DNA of 64,000 nucleotides from Yuukianura sp. NJ FZ-2021 (Eukaryota): NCBI GenBank assembly GCA_046563655.1, contig CM102288.1, positions 6,138,001 to 6,202,000 of the forward strand, read 5' to 3'. Shown piece by piece: positions 24,771 to 37,400 of this stretch (position 1 is its first letter; each line of letters starts with the position of its first letter). The notes under the pieces were generated by a model. It saw only the letters and a program-made list of their open reading frames with translations, ran no database searches and was not told where the DNA came from. The position numbers and the translations under genes were made by a program.

Positions 24771-25743
24771 CGATAAACAACCAAGTCGAGGTCAAAAGGT
24801 CGCGTACTAGGTGAAAAGCTGACCTAAAACGACCATCTCTGGAAGAAACTCCTTGTAGGAACAGCAAAACCAAAATTTAAGTTTGAACTGGGGCCGAACC
24901 AGGACCAAAATGAGATTCAACTTTGCCTTGTAGTGAACTTTGACCTCTCCTTACCTCAAATCCTTTCAAAATGTCGAAACTATTACTAACTTTTAATTTG
25001 CCAACTCTATGTTGCTGCTCTCGGTGTTTATAGTATTTCAAAAGAGGCCTTGACGAATTTAGAACTTAGACTCTGCTTTGAAATTCAGGAATCATCACAA
25101 ATGAGACCTTGCAAGTATTTTGCCAGTACTTGCAAGTATGTTGACAGTACTTTGATAAAAGCTTTAAATTCCATGGCCTTTGCACATTCCTTCCAATTGA
25201 CGTGACTTAACTACACTCCAGCTTCCTACTTTCCACAAAGGCAGACTAACTTAATTATTTTCAAATACCAAACTTATAATTAACTTGCATTTATATTAAG
25301 ATAATAACAAAATAAAATGTAACAAATGATGTTGTTATACAGTAAAAACTTCAGCCTATTCTTCCCATTTTTCCTAAAACAGCAAACGAAAGTGCGTTTT
25401 TTTTTCTAAAAAGTTCACTGAAAATGTACGAATTTAAAAATTTCTGAAAATTTAAGAGGAGCGGTAGCGATGGGGCAGTGGGAGTCACTGCCAAGTTGAA
25501 AATGTTTAAACTTTCTACAAAATTGCAAAAACTATGGCAATTTATTTCGCAAAAGAAGTTGAGCAAGTGACGGAACTGGTTTGTCTTCATCTTGAACTTT
25601 AAGTTGAAGTGAGAGAAAGTACTGGGCGGAGATTTCAAAAAACTTTCAGCATTCCACCATTTTCGTTCTCACTTTCATTTTGACCTTGAAAATCAAGTGA
25701 AGCAGTTGTGTGAATACATTGTTGCAATAAGACGTTTTTAACA

Positions 25744-26082
25744 ATGGATTTAAAAGTGTTTGTATTATTTACAATCATTACGACGCATTGCACAAGTGCG
25801 TTGCACAAGCCCCGCCCTCCACCGCGTGAAATCGTGCGTCATTCTATCGGAACTTGTGAAAAGTGTAAATGGTACTGTGCCAAAAACGGAGGAGTTGCAC
25901 TGTGGTGCTTTGATCCAGAAGACTGGGATTCCTTTGGACTCGATGGCCCAGAGCGGAGTCTTCTGACAAGTCGGAGGATTAGTCGGTCCAAGAAGAAGAA
26001 ATACCATCGCTACTATTCTACTTGCGCATGCTCATTTCCACTCGTCTGTGATTCCCTGGGCTGTTTTCGGATTCGGGCTTAA
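25744..26082 (+). CDS. Small secreted cysteine-rich peptide (112 aa), defensin/CSab-like Cys spacing
   Basis: ACAATGG start context, hydrophobic signal peptide (aa 1-19), 8 Cys in the mature part, AATAAA at 26141-26146. Confidence 0.7.
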   Translation: MDLKVFVLFTIITTHCTSALHKPRPPPREIVRHSIGTCEKCKWYCAKNGGVALWCFDPEDWDSFGLDGPERSLLTSRRISRSKKKKYHRYYSTCACSFPLVCDSLGCFRIRA

Positions 26083-26331
26083 CTTTTAAACAGTGTGCAG
26101 ACTTGTAACTTATTTCATATTTTTAAAATCATTAATGAACAATAAAGTTAGAAAGTTTTCAGTTTTTCGTCTAAAATACACCAATGCCCTTAGAAATTCC
26201 TCCAAAGTTGAACTTTTTGTAAACTACAAAATTTCGGCGGTCCACTAACTAGCGAAAACTCCTTCACGGTTACCTCTGTCTGTCTGTCTGTCTGGCCATG
26301 GCGACAATAATAAACCAATTTTGTACTACTT

Positions 26332-26494
26332 TCGCTACTTTTATAATTCGGTTACCACCGAAATGTTTCATAATTCAGAACTTTTATTTGATTCTAAAAA
26401 TTACGTTGTATTTTTATATAACAATAATTATAGGTATTAACGTACAGGAAATTACGTCTGAAGGATTAGTAGTGATTACGGCGTCACTACAACT
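26332..26494 (+). repeat. Direct repeat A upstream of neverland
   Basis: Aligns with 30260-30426 and shares an identical 37-bp core GTATTAACGTACAGGAAATTACGTCTGAAGGATTAGT. Confidence 0.9.
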
Positions 26495-26662
26495 GATACT
26501 TATTATATTTATTTTTGGACTCTTTATCATCGTTAAATTGAACTTTGGACTCCTTATCATCGTTCAATTGCCCTGTGTAAACAGTTATACTTCAGAACAA
26601 TTGGTAGGTTTAGGTTGGTAACGGAGAATGATCATAAGTACAGTAGGATTGTGCAAAAGACC

Positions 26663-29600
26663 ATGGCCACAGAGTATCACAAATCGATATGGACAAAGGA
26701 GCTTCTATCTGTCCCTTCGTTGACCACCACAATAGTCCTTGGCCTATTAATAGTCGTCTGGTATTATTTATTTTGGAAACCCTTCGACCGCTATTTGGTA
26801 AAATTTAACCAATTTTTAGTTTTTGTTAGCGATTTTAGGGGAAAATCTGACCCGAGAAATAGAAAAAAACATAATATGTGTTAATATCACTGTTACTGGA
26901 GGCTAAAACTTCCAGTGGCTTAACTGCCACTTCCATTGGATATCCACTGGAAGAAATCCACAGGAAATGGACGAAATTTTTAGTGGATGGAAGAAATTAA
27001 GAATTTAGCGCCAAATTCAGGAAAATTCAAATTTAAAATTACAAAATAATATCAAAAAGAGTTTTTTTAATCGTTAAAATTAATTATTTATTTAAAACTC
27101 ATACGAAAACGATATTTCCTTCGTTTTGTACCGTATTTTGCATTGCTTAAGTTTTTTGTATTTAATTAATTCAAACCCGGCAGGTAAAGCTCCGCCCCTT
27201 TGGTTTCATCCATTTCGTGCATTTCTTCCACTGGATATCCAGCCGTGGACAAAATGTCAAAAAAGTGGATATCCAACAACAATACGTCAGTGGTTAAAAT
27301 TTTCTTAAATCTAGGACTTAACTGAGATTGGTTACGAAGAGATAACGCATTCCAAGAAGCCGCACTACAAAAGCAAAGCTGCCAAAAGAGACGCTATTAA
27401 TGGCCTGATGCGAAGACGCAAAATTGGTGATCTGCCGCCAGTATATCCTAATGGATGGTTCGTAGCTTTAGAATCGGATGAACTCGAAAAAAAATTAGTC
27501 AAGGAAATTAATGTATTAGGTAAGAAATGTTTGGCTTATTAGTTCAGTGGTGTTTTTTGTTCGGTAAAAACAGTTTTAAAAAATTTAAACAAATCTGAAG
27601 GGCTTAATCTTGTTGCATGGAGAGGACAAAGTGGGAAAGCTTACATTGCGTAAGCTTAAAACAGTTGTTCTTTTAAAGTTTTAAACGTTTTTGTTTGTGG
27701 CGTCGATGTTATTTTCATGAAATTAAAATTCGGTTGAATTAAATTTGGAGCGATGCTTATTGTCCCCATCTTGGAGCTCATCTTGGCGTTGGTGGAAAGG
27801 TTGAGGGCGAATGCATTCGATGTCCGTTCCATGGCTGGACTTTCGATGGGTGTGATGGACGACTCAAAAACATTCCATATTCAGATAGTAGTAAGACATT
27901 TTTATTCGAGAAACATTAGTAGTATGCTAGTATCAGCCAAGAATGTAAAACGTTCCTCACCTTAATCTCACGTTGCATTTCTTATGGCTTATTTCAATGA
28001 GGCACCGACGAACGAAGAATGTTTTACGTTCTTGGCCGATACTATCATGCTCCTAACATTATTTAAATGTCATACCAGAAAAAAAAGTGTTTGTGTCTTT
28101 TATTTTCCACAGTTTCTGAATATGGTAAAATCAAGATGTGGAAAACTGTAGAAGGTAACGGGTTTATTTACCTTTGGTTCCATGCCGAAGGAGAGGAACC
28201 ATCTTGGTTTCCGCATTTGTACAGAGAAATTGAGTCTGGGAATTGGAAGTATCGTGGGAGATGCGAACTTCAAGTCTCCAGTCACATACAGGCACCACAG
28301 CATAAATTTCCAACATTGTCAATAGGATATTTGTCTTGAATACAAAATTCAAAATGGCTGACCTCTGCCTTTTTTACAGGAACTTTCTGAAAATGCTGCC
28401 GATATGACTCACCTGAACGTTGTTCATGACCGAGCTATGATGTGCGGTGGAGATCCGGGTAACTCTTGGCTTCGTTGGGAATTTATTAAGCATGTTTGGA
28501 CAAACGTTTCTTGGCGTACGTCTGACGCCGAAGGAGAAAAACATGTCGCAATCATGCAACTTCGACATGAGATGTGTCTCCTCGGAAAATTCCCAGTGTT
28601 CACTTCAAAAGTCGTTACAAAACAGGTTAGTTTACTCTAGGCCAACACAATACACAGAAATACTGTTGGCTTAAGTAAGTTTAGGGCTGTTCAAGTTCGG
28701 GTGAGAGAAACGGAACGGAACTTATTTCCGATGTCGTTTCGTTTCCACATTTCGTGGAAACCAACTTTCGGTTTCGTTTCCAGTTCCATATGATGGAACA
28801 GCTTCCTTTCGGAAACTGAACCGGAACTGGACAAACTGATTTTAGCACAAAATTTAAAGAGCGAATCTCAAGCTGAAAAACAAACAAACAATAACATGCT
28901 GCAACAATAACACTTTTTCAAATAATTTTGCTTCTTTGCAGTGAACAATCGATTATTTGTAGATTGTTTTCCAACGGTTCCGTTCCCTTTTGTTCCGGTG
29001 CCGTTTCGTTTCGGTTTCCCAATTTTGAAACCTGTTCCGTTCCATTTTCAAAACCTCGATTCCAGTGACAGGAATTTTTTAAATTTCCATAAAAAAGGAA
29101 AATGCACCGTAGTGAATTTGTTAGCCTAATCCTGACTTTTTCCAAAATTCCTTCTGTAGAAAGTTAGAAGGTATGATGGTGCTTTTAAAAAACAATATTT
29201 TGGAATTTTTTAAATTTCCATAAAAAAGGAAAATGCACTGTAGTGAATTTGTTAGCCTAATCCTGACTTTTTCCAAAATTCCTTCTGTAGAAAGTTAGAA
29301 GGTGTGATGGTGTTTTTAAAAATCAATACTTTGGAATTTTTTAAATTTCCATAAAAAAGGAAAATGCACTGTAGTGAATTTGCTAGCCTAATCCTGACTT
29401 TTTCCAAAAATCCTTCTGTAGAAAGTTAGAAGGTGTTATGGTGTTTTTAAAAATCAAACCTGTTTCAATTTTTTAGGTTGGGCCTGGAACGGCCATGTTA
29501 GAATTGAAGGCAGCCTTCGGAAATGGGGTTCTTTTTCTTATGGCGACGCCATTAGAGCCCATGCGTCAACGAATCATTCAACGCTTCTACTCCAGCAATG

Positions 29601-30113
29601 CTCTAATTCACCCCTACGGAAAACTAATGCTACTAGCATCAGCCATTATGGTTAATAATTGTTTATTTGAAAAATCACTAAATAATAATTTTTCTCAACG
29701 TTGGTAACCAAGCAGATTGTATTTTCTACAACAGGTTAGTCATTAACTCGGAGTTATTGAACAACTTGTTGTAGAAAATACAATTTGGTTGTCAAGGAAC
29801 CTTGAATTTTTGTATTCAAAATAATAATTTTTTAGTTAAAAAAATATTAAATAATTTTTTTTTGCTGTTGTAAGTTTAGTTCTCGGTTTTTCTCAAAGCT
29901 TACAAAAACTTATTTTGCGAATTTAAATATTCTTTATAGATTGAACGCGACTTAAGAATTTGGAATCGAAAGACCTTTGTCAAGAATCCGCTTCTGACAA
30001 AGGAAGAACGGATGATTAAACAGTTCCGACAGTGGTACAGTCAATTCTACTCTGAAAACAGTCCTACAAATTACTTTACAAAAAATGAAAATGGAGATCC
30101 GCTGGCGTTCTAA
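26663..30113 (+). CDS. nvd: Cholesterol 7-desaturase Neverland (Rieske oxygenase), 8 exons, 433 aa
   Basis: Exons 26663-26797, 27315-27519, 27601-27649, 27751-27890, 28113-28291, 28380-28625, 29477-29650, 29940-30113 join in frame: N-terminal [12 protein letters not shown], Rieske DAYCPHLGA...CPFHGW, non-heme iron motif [14 protein letters not shown]-terminal [10 protein letters not shown]...[13 protein letters not shown]. Confidence 0.93.
26888..27292. mobile_element. MITE-like element rich in CCACTGG/CCAGTGG, nvd intron 1
   Basis: Inverted ends (GGATATCCACTGGAAGAAAT ... ATTTCTTCCACTGGATATCC); its left arm recurs at 54583-54692. Confidence 0.65.
27917..28056. repeat. Fold-back inverted repeat (~40-bp arms), nvd intron 4
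   Basis: TAGTATGCTAGTATCAGCCAAGAATGTAAAACGTTC pairs with GAATGTTTTACGTTCTTGGCCGATACTATCATGCT. Confidence 0.8.
28682..29060. mobile_element. Truncated hAT-like MITE with GGAAC/GTTCC subterminal repeats
   Basis: Begins TAGGGCTG, followed by many AACGGAAC / GTTCCGTT units; right terminus not recognisable. Confidence 0.55.
29071..29456 (+). repeat. Tandem repeat, 3 x 131 bp, nvd intron 6
   Basis: Near-identical units starting about 29071, 29202 and 29333 (GGAATTTTTTAAATTTCCATAAAAAAGGAAAATGCAC...). Confidence 0.95.
29706..29790. repeat. Near-perfect 85-nt hairpin, nvd intron 7
   Basis: ATTGTATTTTCTACAACAGGTTAGTCATTAACTC / GAGTTATTGAACAACTTGTTGTAGAAAATACAAT. Confidence 0.8.
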
Positions 30114-30259
30114 ATTAAAATAAACTTTTACAATCTTCTGAAAATCTTGTACGATGCCAATTTCGATGCGGAAAGCCATTTTCGCTTTCGAAACTTACTT
30201 GCAAATAAAATATTATGTATTTTAGCTGTACCATAACTGACTGAAAAAGAAAAGCTTTG

Positions 30260-30426
30260 TCGCTACTTTTGTACTTCGGTTACCACAGAAATTTCTTAGA
30301 ATGCATAACTTTTATTTGTTTCTAAAAATTACGTTGTGTATTTTTTATATAACAATAATTATAAGTATTAACGTACAGGAAATTACGTCTGAAGGATTAG
30401 TTGTGACTACGATAGTCACTACAACT
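30260..30426 (+). repeat. Direct repeat B downstream of neverland
   Basis: Second copy of 26332-26494; contains TTTATT (AATAAA on the minus strand) at about 30311. Confidence 0.9.
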
Positions 30427-31481
30427 TACACTTTTTAAAGTTAAAGTTTAGTATAACAGTAAATTTCACTTCCAAACTAACTAAACAACATCGACGTCTT
30501 ACATTTAATTACAAACTTGTAGTTTATGTTAATAGAATATTTTCAAGGTTAGAATAAGTTAGGAATGAGCGCAACGCATGCGCAGAGTCCCCTCCTGCCC
30601 CCTGCACATTCGCCCTTTATACGTTCAGTTCTACAAATGGCACTTTATTGCTTCCTGTCACTTCCTCAACGTTTTTCCAAAAAAAACTTGTTTTCGAAAA
30701 AGCGGTTTCAAAATGTGTCAATTTTTTCAAACGCTAAACAGGAGTCATGTTTTTGTGCTTTTTAAACAAAAGCTTCATCTTTTACAAAATTTCAAAAGAA
30801 AGTGGAATTTTTTAAATCAGTCTCCAAAATATAACACCAAATTCCAAGAAATCCTCTCTTACTTTGTCAGATTAGTTAGGTTGTACATAAATCCAAAAAG
30901 TTTACATTTAGTGTAGGTCACTTTCACAGTAAAAACGACCTTGAAAAGGAATTGTAAAACTTTCACTTTGTAATTTTAAGCTGCCCTAATCGTGTTAATT
31001 TCTGTAGGAAATCAAAAAATTAAAAAATTTTCAATTCAAATTTTTTTCTTTGAAAATTTTCTTCTCCTTCTTACCAAGAAATCGAACAACAAAAATGTAA
31101 AAATTGTACAAGATTTCTCCACTTTTAGACTCTCCTAGCACCAAGTTTTCTGAAAAAGTTGTGCTTTTTAAAAACTACAAAAAATGAGCGGGAATTCTTG
31201 TGATCGTTTTTTGGTTTAAGTCTATGAACTGTATGGCTTGACTTTTGGGTTTTGAATTTAAAGCAGAAAATTTCATGAAAATCATGAAAAGTTCAGAAAA
31301 TTTGGAAAGTTTCAGTCTTTGGAATTTTTCTGTTTAGTTGATACGTGAGTACGTGGTGCTTCTATCGTACACTCGGGAACAGGCCTGGAAAAAACCTTGA
31401 AGCTTTGCTTTTGAAGAGATCCAAGTTCAAATTTCCAAAATCTTCAGCGGGAATTTTCGAACTTTTGACTACGGCCGAAGC

Positions 31482-34400
31482 TTATCGCTTCGATTTGATT
31501 TCTTGCTCTAAAATTGCATCTAATTCGTCAGTTAAATCTGCCAACATGTTTCCAATGTCGTTCAAAACATCACCCGTTCCTAAAAACAGACACAAAAACA
31601 TTACATTTATCTTTACTTAACTAATTAAAACAAAAATTAGTTAACTAATTAACTTAAATGTTAATTAGTTTACCTGAACTGGCCGTTGAACTAGTTGATG
31701 CTGCTGCTGCTTGTGCCACTAGCTGTGCCGTGGCACGATTACTCGCCTTTTGTTGCTTGATCGTTCCTGCATTGTCGTTTGCAAACGGAATCGATTCAGA
31801 CTCTGTACTCGAATTTGACTAGAATTCAAAATTTCAAAATGAGTCAAAAATTTTTTGAAAAATCTTAGTTTTTTTTTGTGAAATGCTGACCTTGAAACTA
31901 GCATCTGAGCCGTTTCGTCGTACCCCTCTTGACATGAGACCATTGTTTGGGAGATCGGAATCTGAAAAATCGGGAGAGGGATCACGTGACTTGACGTTTT
32001 GTGGACTCGTACGCATGTGCGGATGGTAGTGGACCACGGACGTCGTCGTCACCATTTTGACAGGATTGTTTGGACTAGACGAGGAACTGGAGGGGTTTGA
32101 CGTCGTTCCGATGCTGGCAGTATATGCTTGATTCAGCGTCTGGAGTTCGTCAGGATGTGGTGGCAGCGGAAGGTCATCCAAAGATCTTCCTCCCGGAGAA
32201 CTTCTGAAAACAAACAAACAAAAGTTAAAATTTCAAAAAAAACTTCGCTTTCAAAATTTTCAGAATTTCAAAATTTTGACTAACCCGTAGGGCACATCAC
32301 ATGACAAGGTGGGTGGGGGTGGTGGGAAGTGAGTGGTCCATCCCTGGTACCCACTTGGTTGCTGAAAAGTGGACAGTGGACCATAAATTGTGTCTCCGGG
32401 GTTACTTCCGCGCCGCGGCGGCGGCGGTGGATTCTTCACCGCGGTGGCATTCATCTGCAGTACATTTGCGTAAGCATCGTAGGCTCCTCCTCCGTATGCT
32501 CCGCCTCCAGCCAAGTATCCTCCGCCATTCCGTTCAACGAATCCCCCTTTGCGACCAATGTCTCTCGGTAGACTCTTGAAGCCATCGCTGCCAGCGATTC
32601 CAGCAGCGTAGTTTCCAGTGCTATAGTCACATGACACTGCTGTGGGCGGAGCTACAGACGATCTGTCTCCGCCCATAATCTTTGCGATTGGCTTATTTTT
32701 CAAAAGTCTTGGCAGAGTTGAAGTCGAAGTTCCGTGGAATCCTTGCATCTCGTTCGTCGGAGTTCTGTCGCCATCTTGCATTTCATAAGTCCCCTTTGCT
32801 GAAAACCAAATTCCAAAAAATCAAATTTTGAAAATCAAAATTTTGAAAACTTTTCACTTTTTTTCAAAAACTGACCACTGCATCTCTGCCAATTCTGCTG
32901 CGTATGTGGTAGGAACGACGACGTGCCGTAGATGGGTTCGTCGGTGGCGACATTTTCAAGTGACCTCCTTCTTGCCTGGTTTTTAACATGGATCGAAATG
33001 ACTTCTGGGTGATACTCTCTGTGTTCCTCCCCCTGCTCTGTGTGTATCTGCGGATGATGTGTCAGAACGGACATGCCAGGAGCATAGATCTGATTCCTGG
33101 TTTGCGACTGCGTAGAACTCCTCGTTCCGTAAGTATACTGCGCAAGTCCTCCGCCAGCATTCATCAGCATTTGCTGTTGCTGCTGCTGGTGATGGAGAGG
33201 GTGAGAGTAAGGCAATGGCGTGTTGCTGGTTAAGGTCGGTCGTGCGTAGACTTCAGGCTGCTGCTGCTGAAATACAAAAACGAAAAAAAAGTCAAATTTT
33301 ACTTCCAGATTTTCAAATTCTAGTGAAATCTATAAATAGGACTAAATTGAATTTCAATTTGCTACTTTTATGAATTTTTTGCAAGTCCTTGCACATGGTT
33401 CGAGCATGGTGCCCTGGCTTTAAAGCAAATAATTTAAACCATGATTTAAACCAAGCGGTTTTTATTCAAGTAAAACATGGTTTAAATCAAAAGCAATAAT
33501 TTTGAAAGCTGACTCGTTTTCTGCCGAAAATTTTTCATTCTGAGTCATTTTCTGCCGGAATTTCTTCAATGTGAGGCGTTTTCCGCCATTTTGTACCATG
33601 AGAATTTAAACCGGGATTTTTATTTAAAAAAACCATTCGGTTTAAATCATGGTTTAAATTAATTGATTTAAACCCTGAGGGGTTTTAATCCCAGTATTTC
33701 TCATATACCCCGGTATTTCCCACTAACCTGGGAAATATTAGAATTCAGTGGGAAATATGGAACTCTGTCCTTACATTATAAAGTGAAGGTTGTTGCTGAA
33801 GTTGCGGTCCTTGCGTCTGCGTAGTTTGGTAGACTCGTTTCCCTGATAAAATATCTTCCACTCTCTTGATCGCCAACATAAACTTCTTCTGATGACCCAA
33901 CTTTAAAATTCCAATGTCCTCCAGATCCTCCCAAGTGATATTAGTCACCTACAAAAAATACACAAAAACGTAAAAACAATCAACATCAAACCAGTTTTTT
34001 TGAATTTCTTTTAAAAAAAAAAGTTTTTCCCGCTTTCAATCTCTCCGAGGCCGCTAAAATCCCTCGGAATTTCAAACGCATTCTCTGTTAAAATTCTTAC
34101 TTTTTGCAAAAAACAACAAAGCAATTCCATTTCCGAGTGCAAAAAAAGAGAGTAACCTTCCGACTGTACATAAATCAACGTCCTCTGAATTTCTTTTTTA
34201 TGCCAATCTTCACTCAGACTGCAGAGTAACAGCTTTTCTTCTTCCTCTGAGTTCATAAAATACTTTTTATGGACTCGTTTGCCTCTTGTCGAACAAACCA
34301 TGAGAGTTAGGACAAAAAATATGAACTTTTAGTAAGAAATTGACCCAGAGGTCAAACACTATAAAAATCTTTTCCTCTTTCCACTCCCCAACCATGTTAA

Positions 34401-37400
34401 ATGCACAAATTAATATTCCAACTAGCTCACAACCCCACAACATTTTCATTTCCACAATCAACATAAACTTTAGTATGCGGAATTGATGATTGTGCAAATC
34501 AAAAACCACAAAAAGACAAGAATTGAGCTCTATTTTTCCCATCACTGAAGTCAAATCCTTCAATTTTGTACAATTTTTGTGCTTAGCTTGTGTTTTGTAA
34601 AACAAATTCTTATGTTGTGTTGAAACAATTTTTTAAAAGTTTTGTTTAAAAATACGCTTCAGCTCAAATAGTTAATCACTTTCTTTTAAATTAAAAAAAA
34701 AAGTTATATTTAGTTTACGTTTTCTCTGCCTGTTGGTTTTGTTCTACTGTCGCTACTTTTCCGTCTCCGTTTTTGTAAAAATTCCTAAACACCAAAATTC
34801 AAAATTCTTAACTTTTTGTTTAAATTTGTAACTCTTTCGGATCCAAGTGAAGTTTCCTTAATGAAGTTTTAGCTAATTACTCCTTTCCTTTTCACTCCAC
34901 TTCCACAAACATAAAACTAAAACTTTTCCACACTTCCTTCAAAAAAGTTGCCGAGTGAAAAAATATTTTGTAAAAGCAAGAAATTAGTCCATTTTCCTCA
35001 TTTTTTTGTTTAGCAAATTCACTGTATGAGGTCTTTGCGGTGTTTTTTTTCTCAGGAAAAAAAACCGAAAAGGAAAAGGAAACGCACGCTCACGACCTGT
35101 TTAGACCAAATTGCACAACTTTTAAACGATCGTAATCTTTCCTTCATGAGAAAAACCATGAAGCGGTGAATTTAGCAACATTAGCACTCATAAAAACTTC
35201 TCATTTCAAATTTCCCACCTCAAAATAATTCCTTATGACTCAATACAATTTCTGACCTGTCTAACGTCATGGTAGCCTTGGGCCTTTAGCTTGTTCGTGT
35301 ACTCGTCCAGTCGGAGGTAGCCCAACCACTCTTCAATAGAATTCTAAAAATTCATAATTTTAAAAAATTGAAAACATAATTTTGAAAATATTTATACATA
35401 ATTTTGAAGAAAATACATAATTTTGTATTTTTGTTTCTTACGGGAATATAGTCGAGGAGTCCGTCTGAAATTGTGAGTTGTGATATTTCTGCTTTGAGGC
35501 GTTTGCGATGATGCGGTTTCGTGACTCCGATGGCATTTAGGTCCTCCGGCGTCATTCTAGAAATTGTATGAATGTCGTAACCTGCTTGAATGAAATTCTG
35601 GTAGTAACACTCAAAGTGAACTCCAGTCAACCAAGCATTCAGAACTTCATGATCCTAAAACAAAAAACATGAATCAAAACTCGAATTTCAAAATTCTTTC
35701 CAAAAACTTTAGGCCCCACACAAAACTCTGCTCTCAAATTCTAATATTAACCACACTACAAATCATAAATCTCCAGGGACTTTTTTTTTCTTTTTAAAAG
35801 TGTCCTCATTAGGAACTTTTTTTAAAAAAGTGTTTCACTCTCCACTTTAGCCAAGTTTTGCAGTTCCTATCGAAATTTAATATTTCCAAATTCGCAGTAT
35901 TCCTTGTAAATATCTCGGTATTTCCCACTGCCCTGGGAAATAATGAAATTTGCTGGGAAATGTGGAACTCTGGTGGTAAACCTCTAAATTCTGAGAAAGT
36001 TGGTGACACATGCGCCAGTCGTTGACTAAACTGCGTGTGTGTTCTTACTGGAATTCCTTGGGAGATCATTGCGGAGACATCAAAGTTACAAATGTCTTCT
36101 GGTGGAGGAGGAATTGAGCCGAGACTTGAGTTTGAGGAATGGTACGAGTGGCGGAATGAGCCTGACGACGACTCCGACGACAAGCCAGAGTAGCGCACTC
36201 CTTGTTGGTAAATAGTGGATCCAGAAGCCCGTCCAGAGTCGAAGCTGGACGTGGAGTGGCGACATCCGCCGTTACTTCCACTGCCGGAACTCACAGAAGA
36301 TCCAACTCCACTTCCACTTCCGGATCCACCAGTAGAAGACGCCGTCGAACTCGGACTCTCTCGGCCAGGACTCTGCAATTAATCAAAATCAAACTTTAAA
36401 AAAAGCCACACACAAAAAATCAAAAGTTAATGATACAAAAATCACTCTCATGTTCTACTTTTCTATATTTTGGAACTTTAGATTTATTCCGGGAAATGAA
36501 GAATTTTTGAAAGCGGGAAATACTGAAAAATATTAAATGAGAACTGTAAGGTCATAAGGGGAGCACATATTTTATGATTCCCAGGATTTCCCAGTGCCTG
36601 GTAAATAGTAAAATTTCGTGGGAAATAGCAAAATTTAGTGGGAAATAGTAAAATTTAGTGGTAAATATCTAACCCTGGTTTTAGTTTACCAAAATGGATG
36701 TTGCCGTACCTGCGTCATGTCAATGCCTTGATCCTCCAGTGATATCTGAGTCTGATAGTGGGCAGGCAGTGGTTGGCTCTGGATTGGCTGCTGATATTGG
36801 TTGACATAGTTACCTTGTGCAGCATTTGAACTTTGACCCATGGCGTAGTGAGCAGTAGAGTCCTGTGCAGTAGGGGTCACATGACCTCCAACGCCAGCAG
36901 TACTCAGCTTCCCAAGTCCATTGCTGCTCAGTCCTCCTCCTTTTCCGTAGTGATTCTAAAATCACAACACAAAATCACTCCAAATTTTTGAAATCCCAAA
37001 AACAAGGAGAGTTTTTTTTTTTCAAATCACATGAAAATTTTCGAATTACATACAAAAAAGCTTCGATTGGAAGCGTTTTTTGTAACATTATGCGATTTTA
37101 ATGTTACAACACACGAAGTCTTCGAATGTCACAAAAAAAGCGCATTAAATGTTTTCTCATGCCTTTGAATTCCGCCACTTTGAATTTATTTTTATTTATT
37201 TTATTTTTTGAAAATGCGTTTAACGTAAGATACACTTTACCTAACGCTGCGTACAACCCATTATCTTTTCCAGTGTTGCGGAACGAAATAAGCTCCGTAC
37301 TATCTTTGTACTTTTAAACAAACTGAACCGTACACAACAACAAACGAAGTTTACAAAGTTTATCTTCAGGTACAACACTCTGCACTGTCCTCCACGTGTG

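Noticed and set aside
26298..26621. 107-aa hydrophobic ORF upstream of nvd
   Set aside because: It runs through direct repeat A and a 30-bp tandem duplication; the hydrophobicity reflects T-rich DNA.
29071..29456. CRISPR-like array (also considered for 38680-39000 and 51368-51468)
   Set aside because: Eukaryotic intron/UTR context, no unique spacers between constant repeats, and no cas genes; these are tandem repeats.
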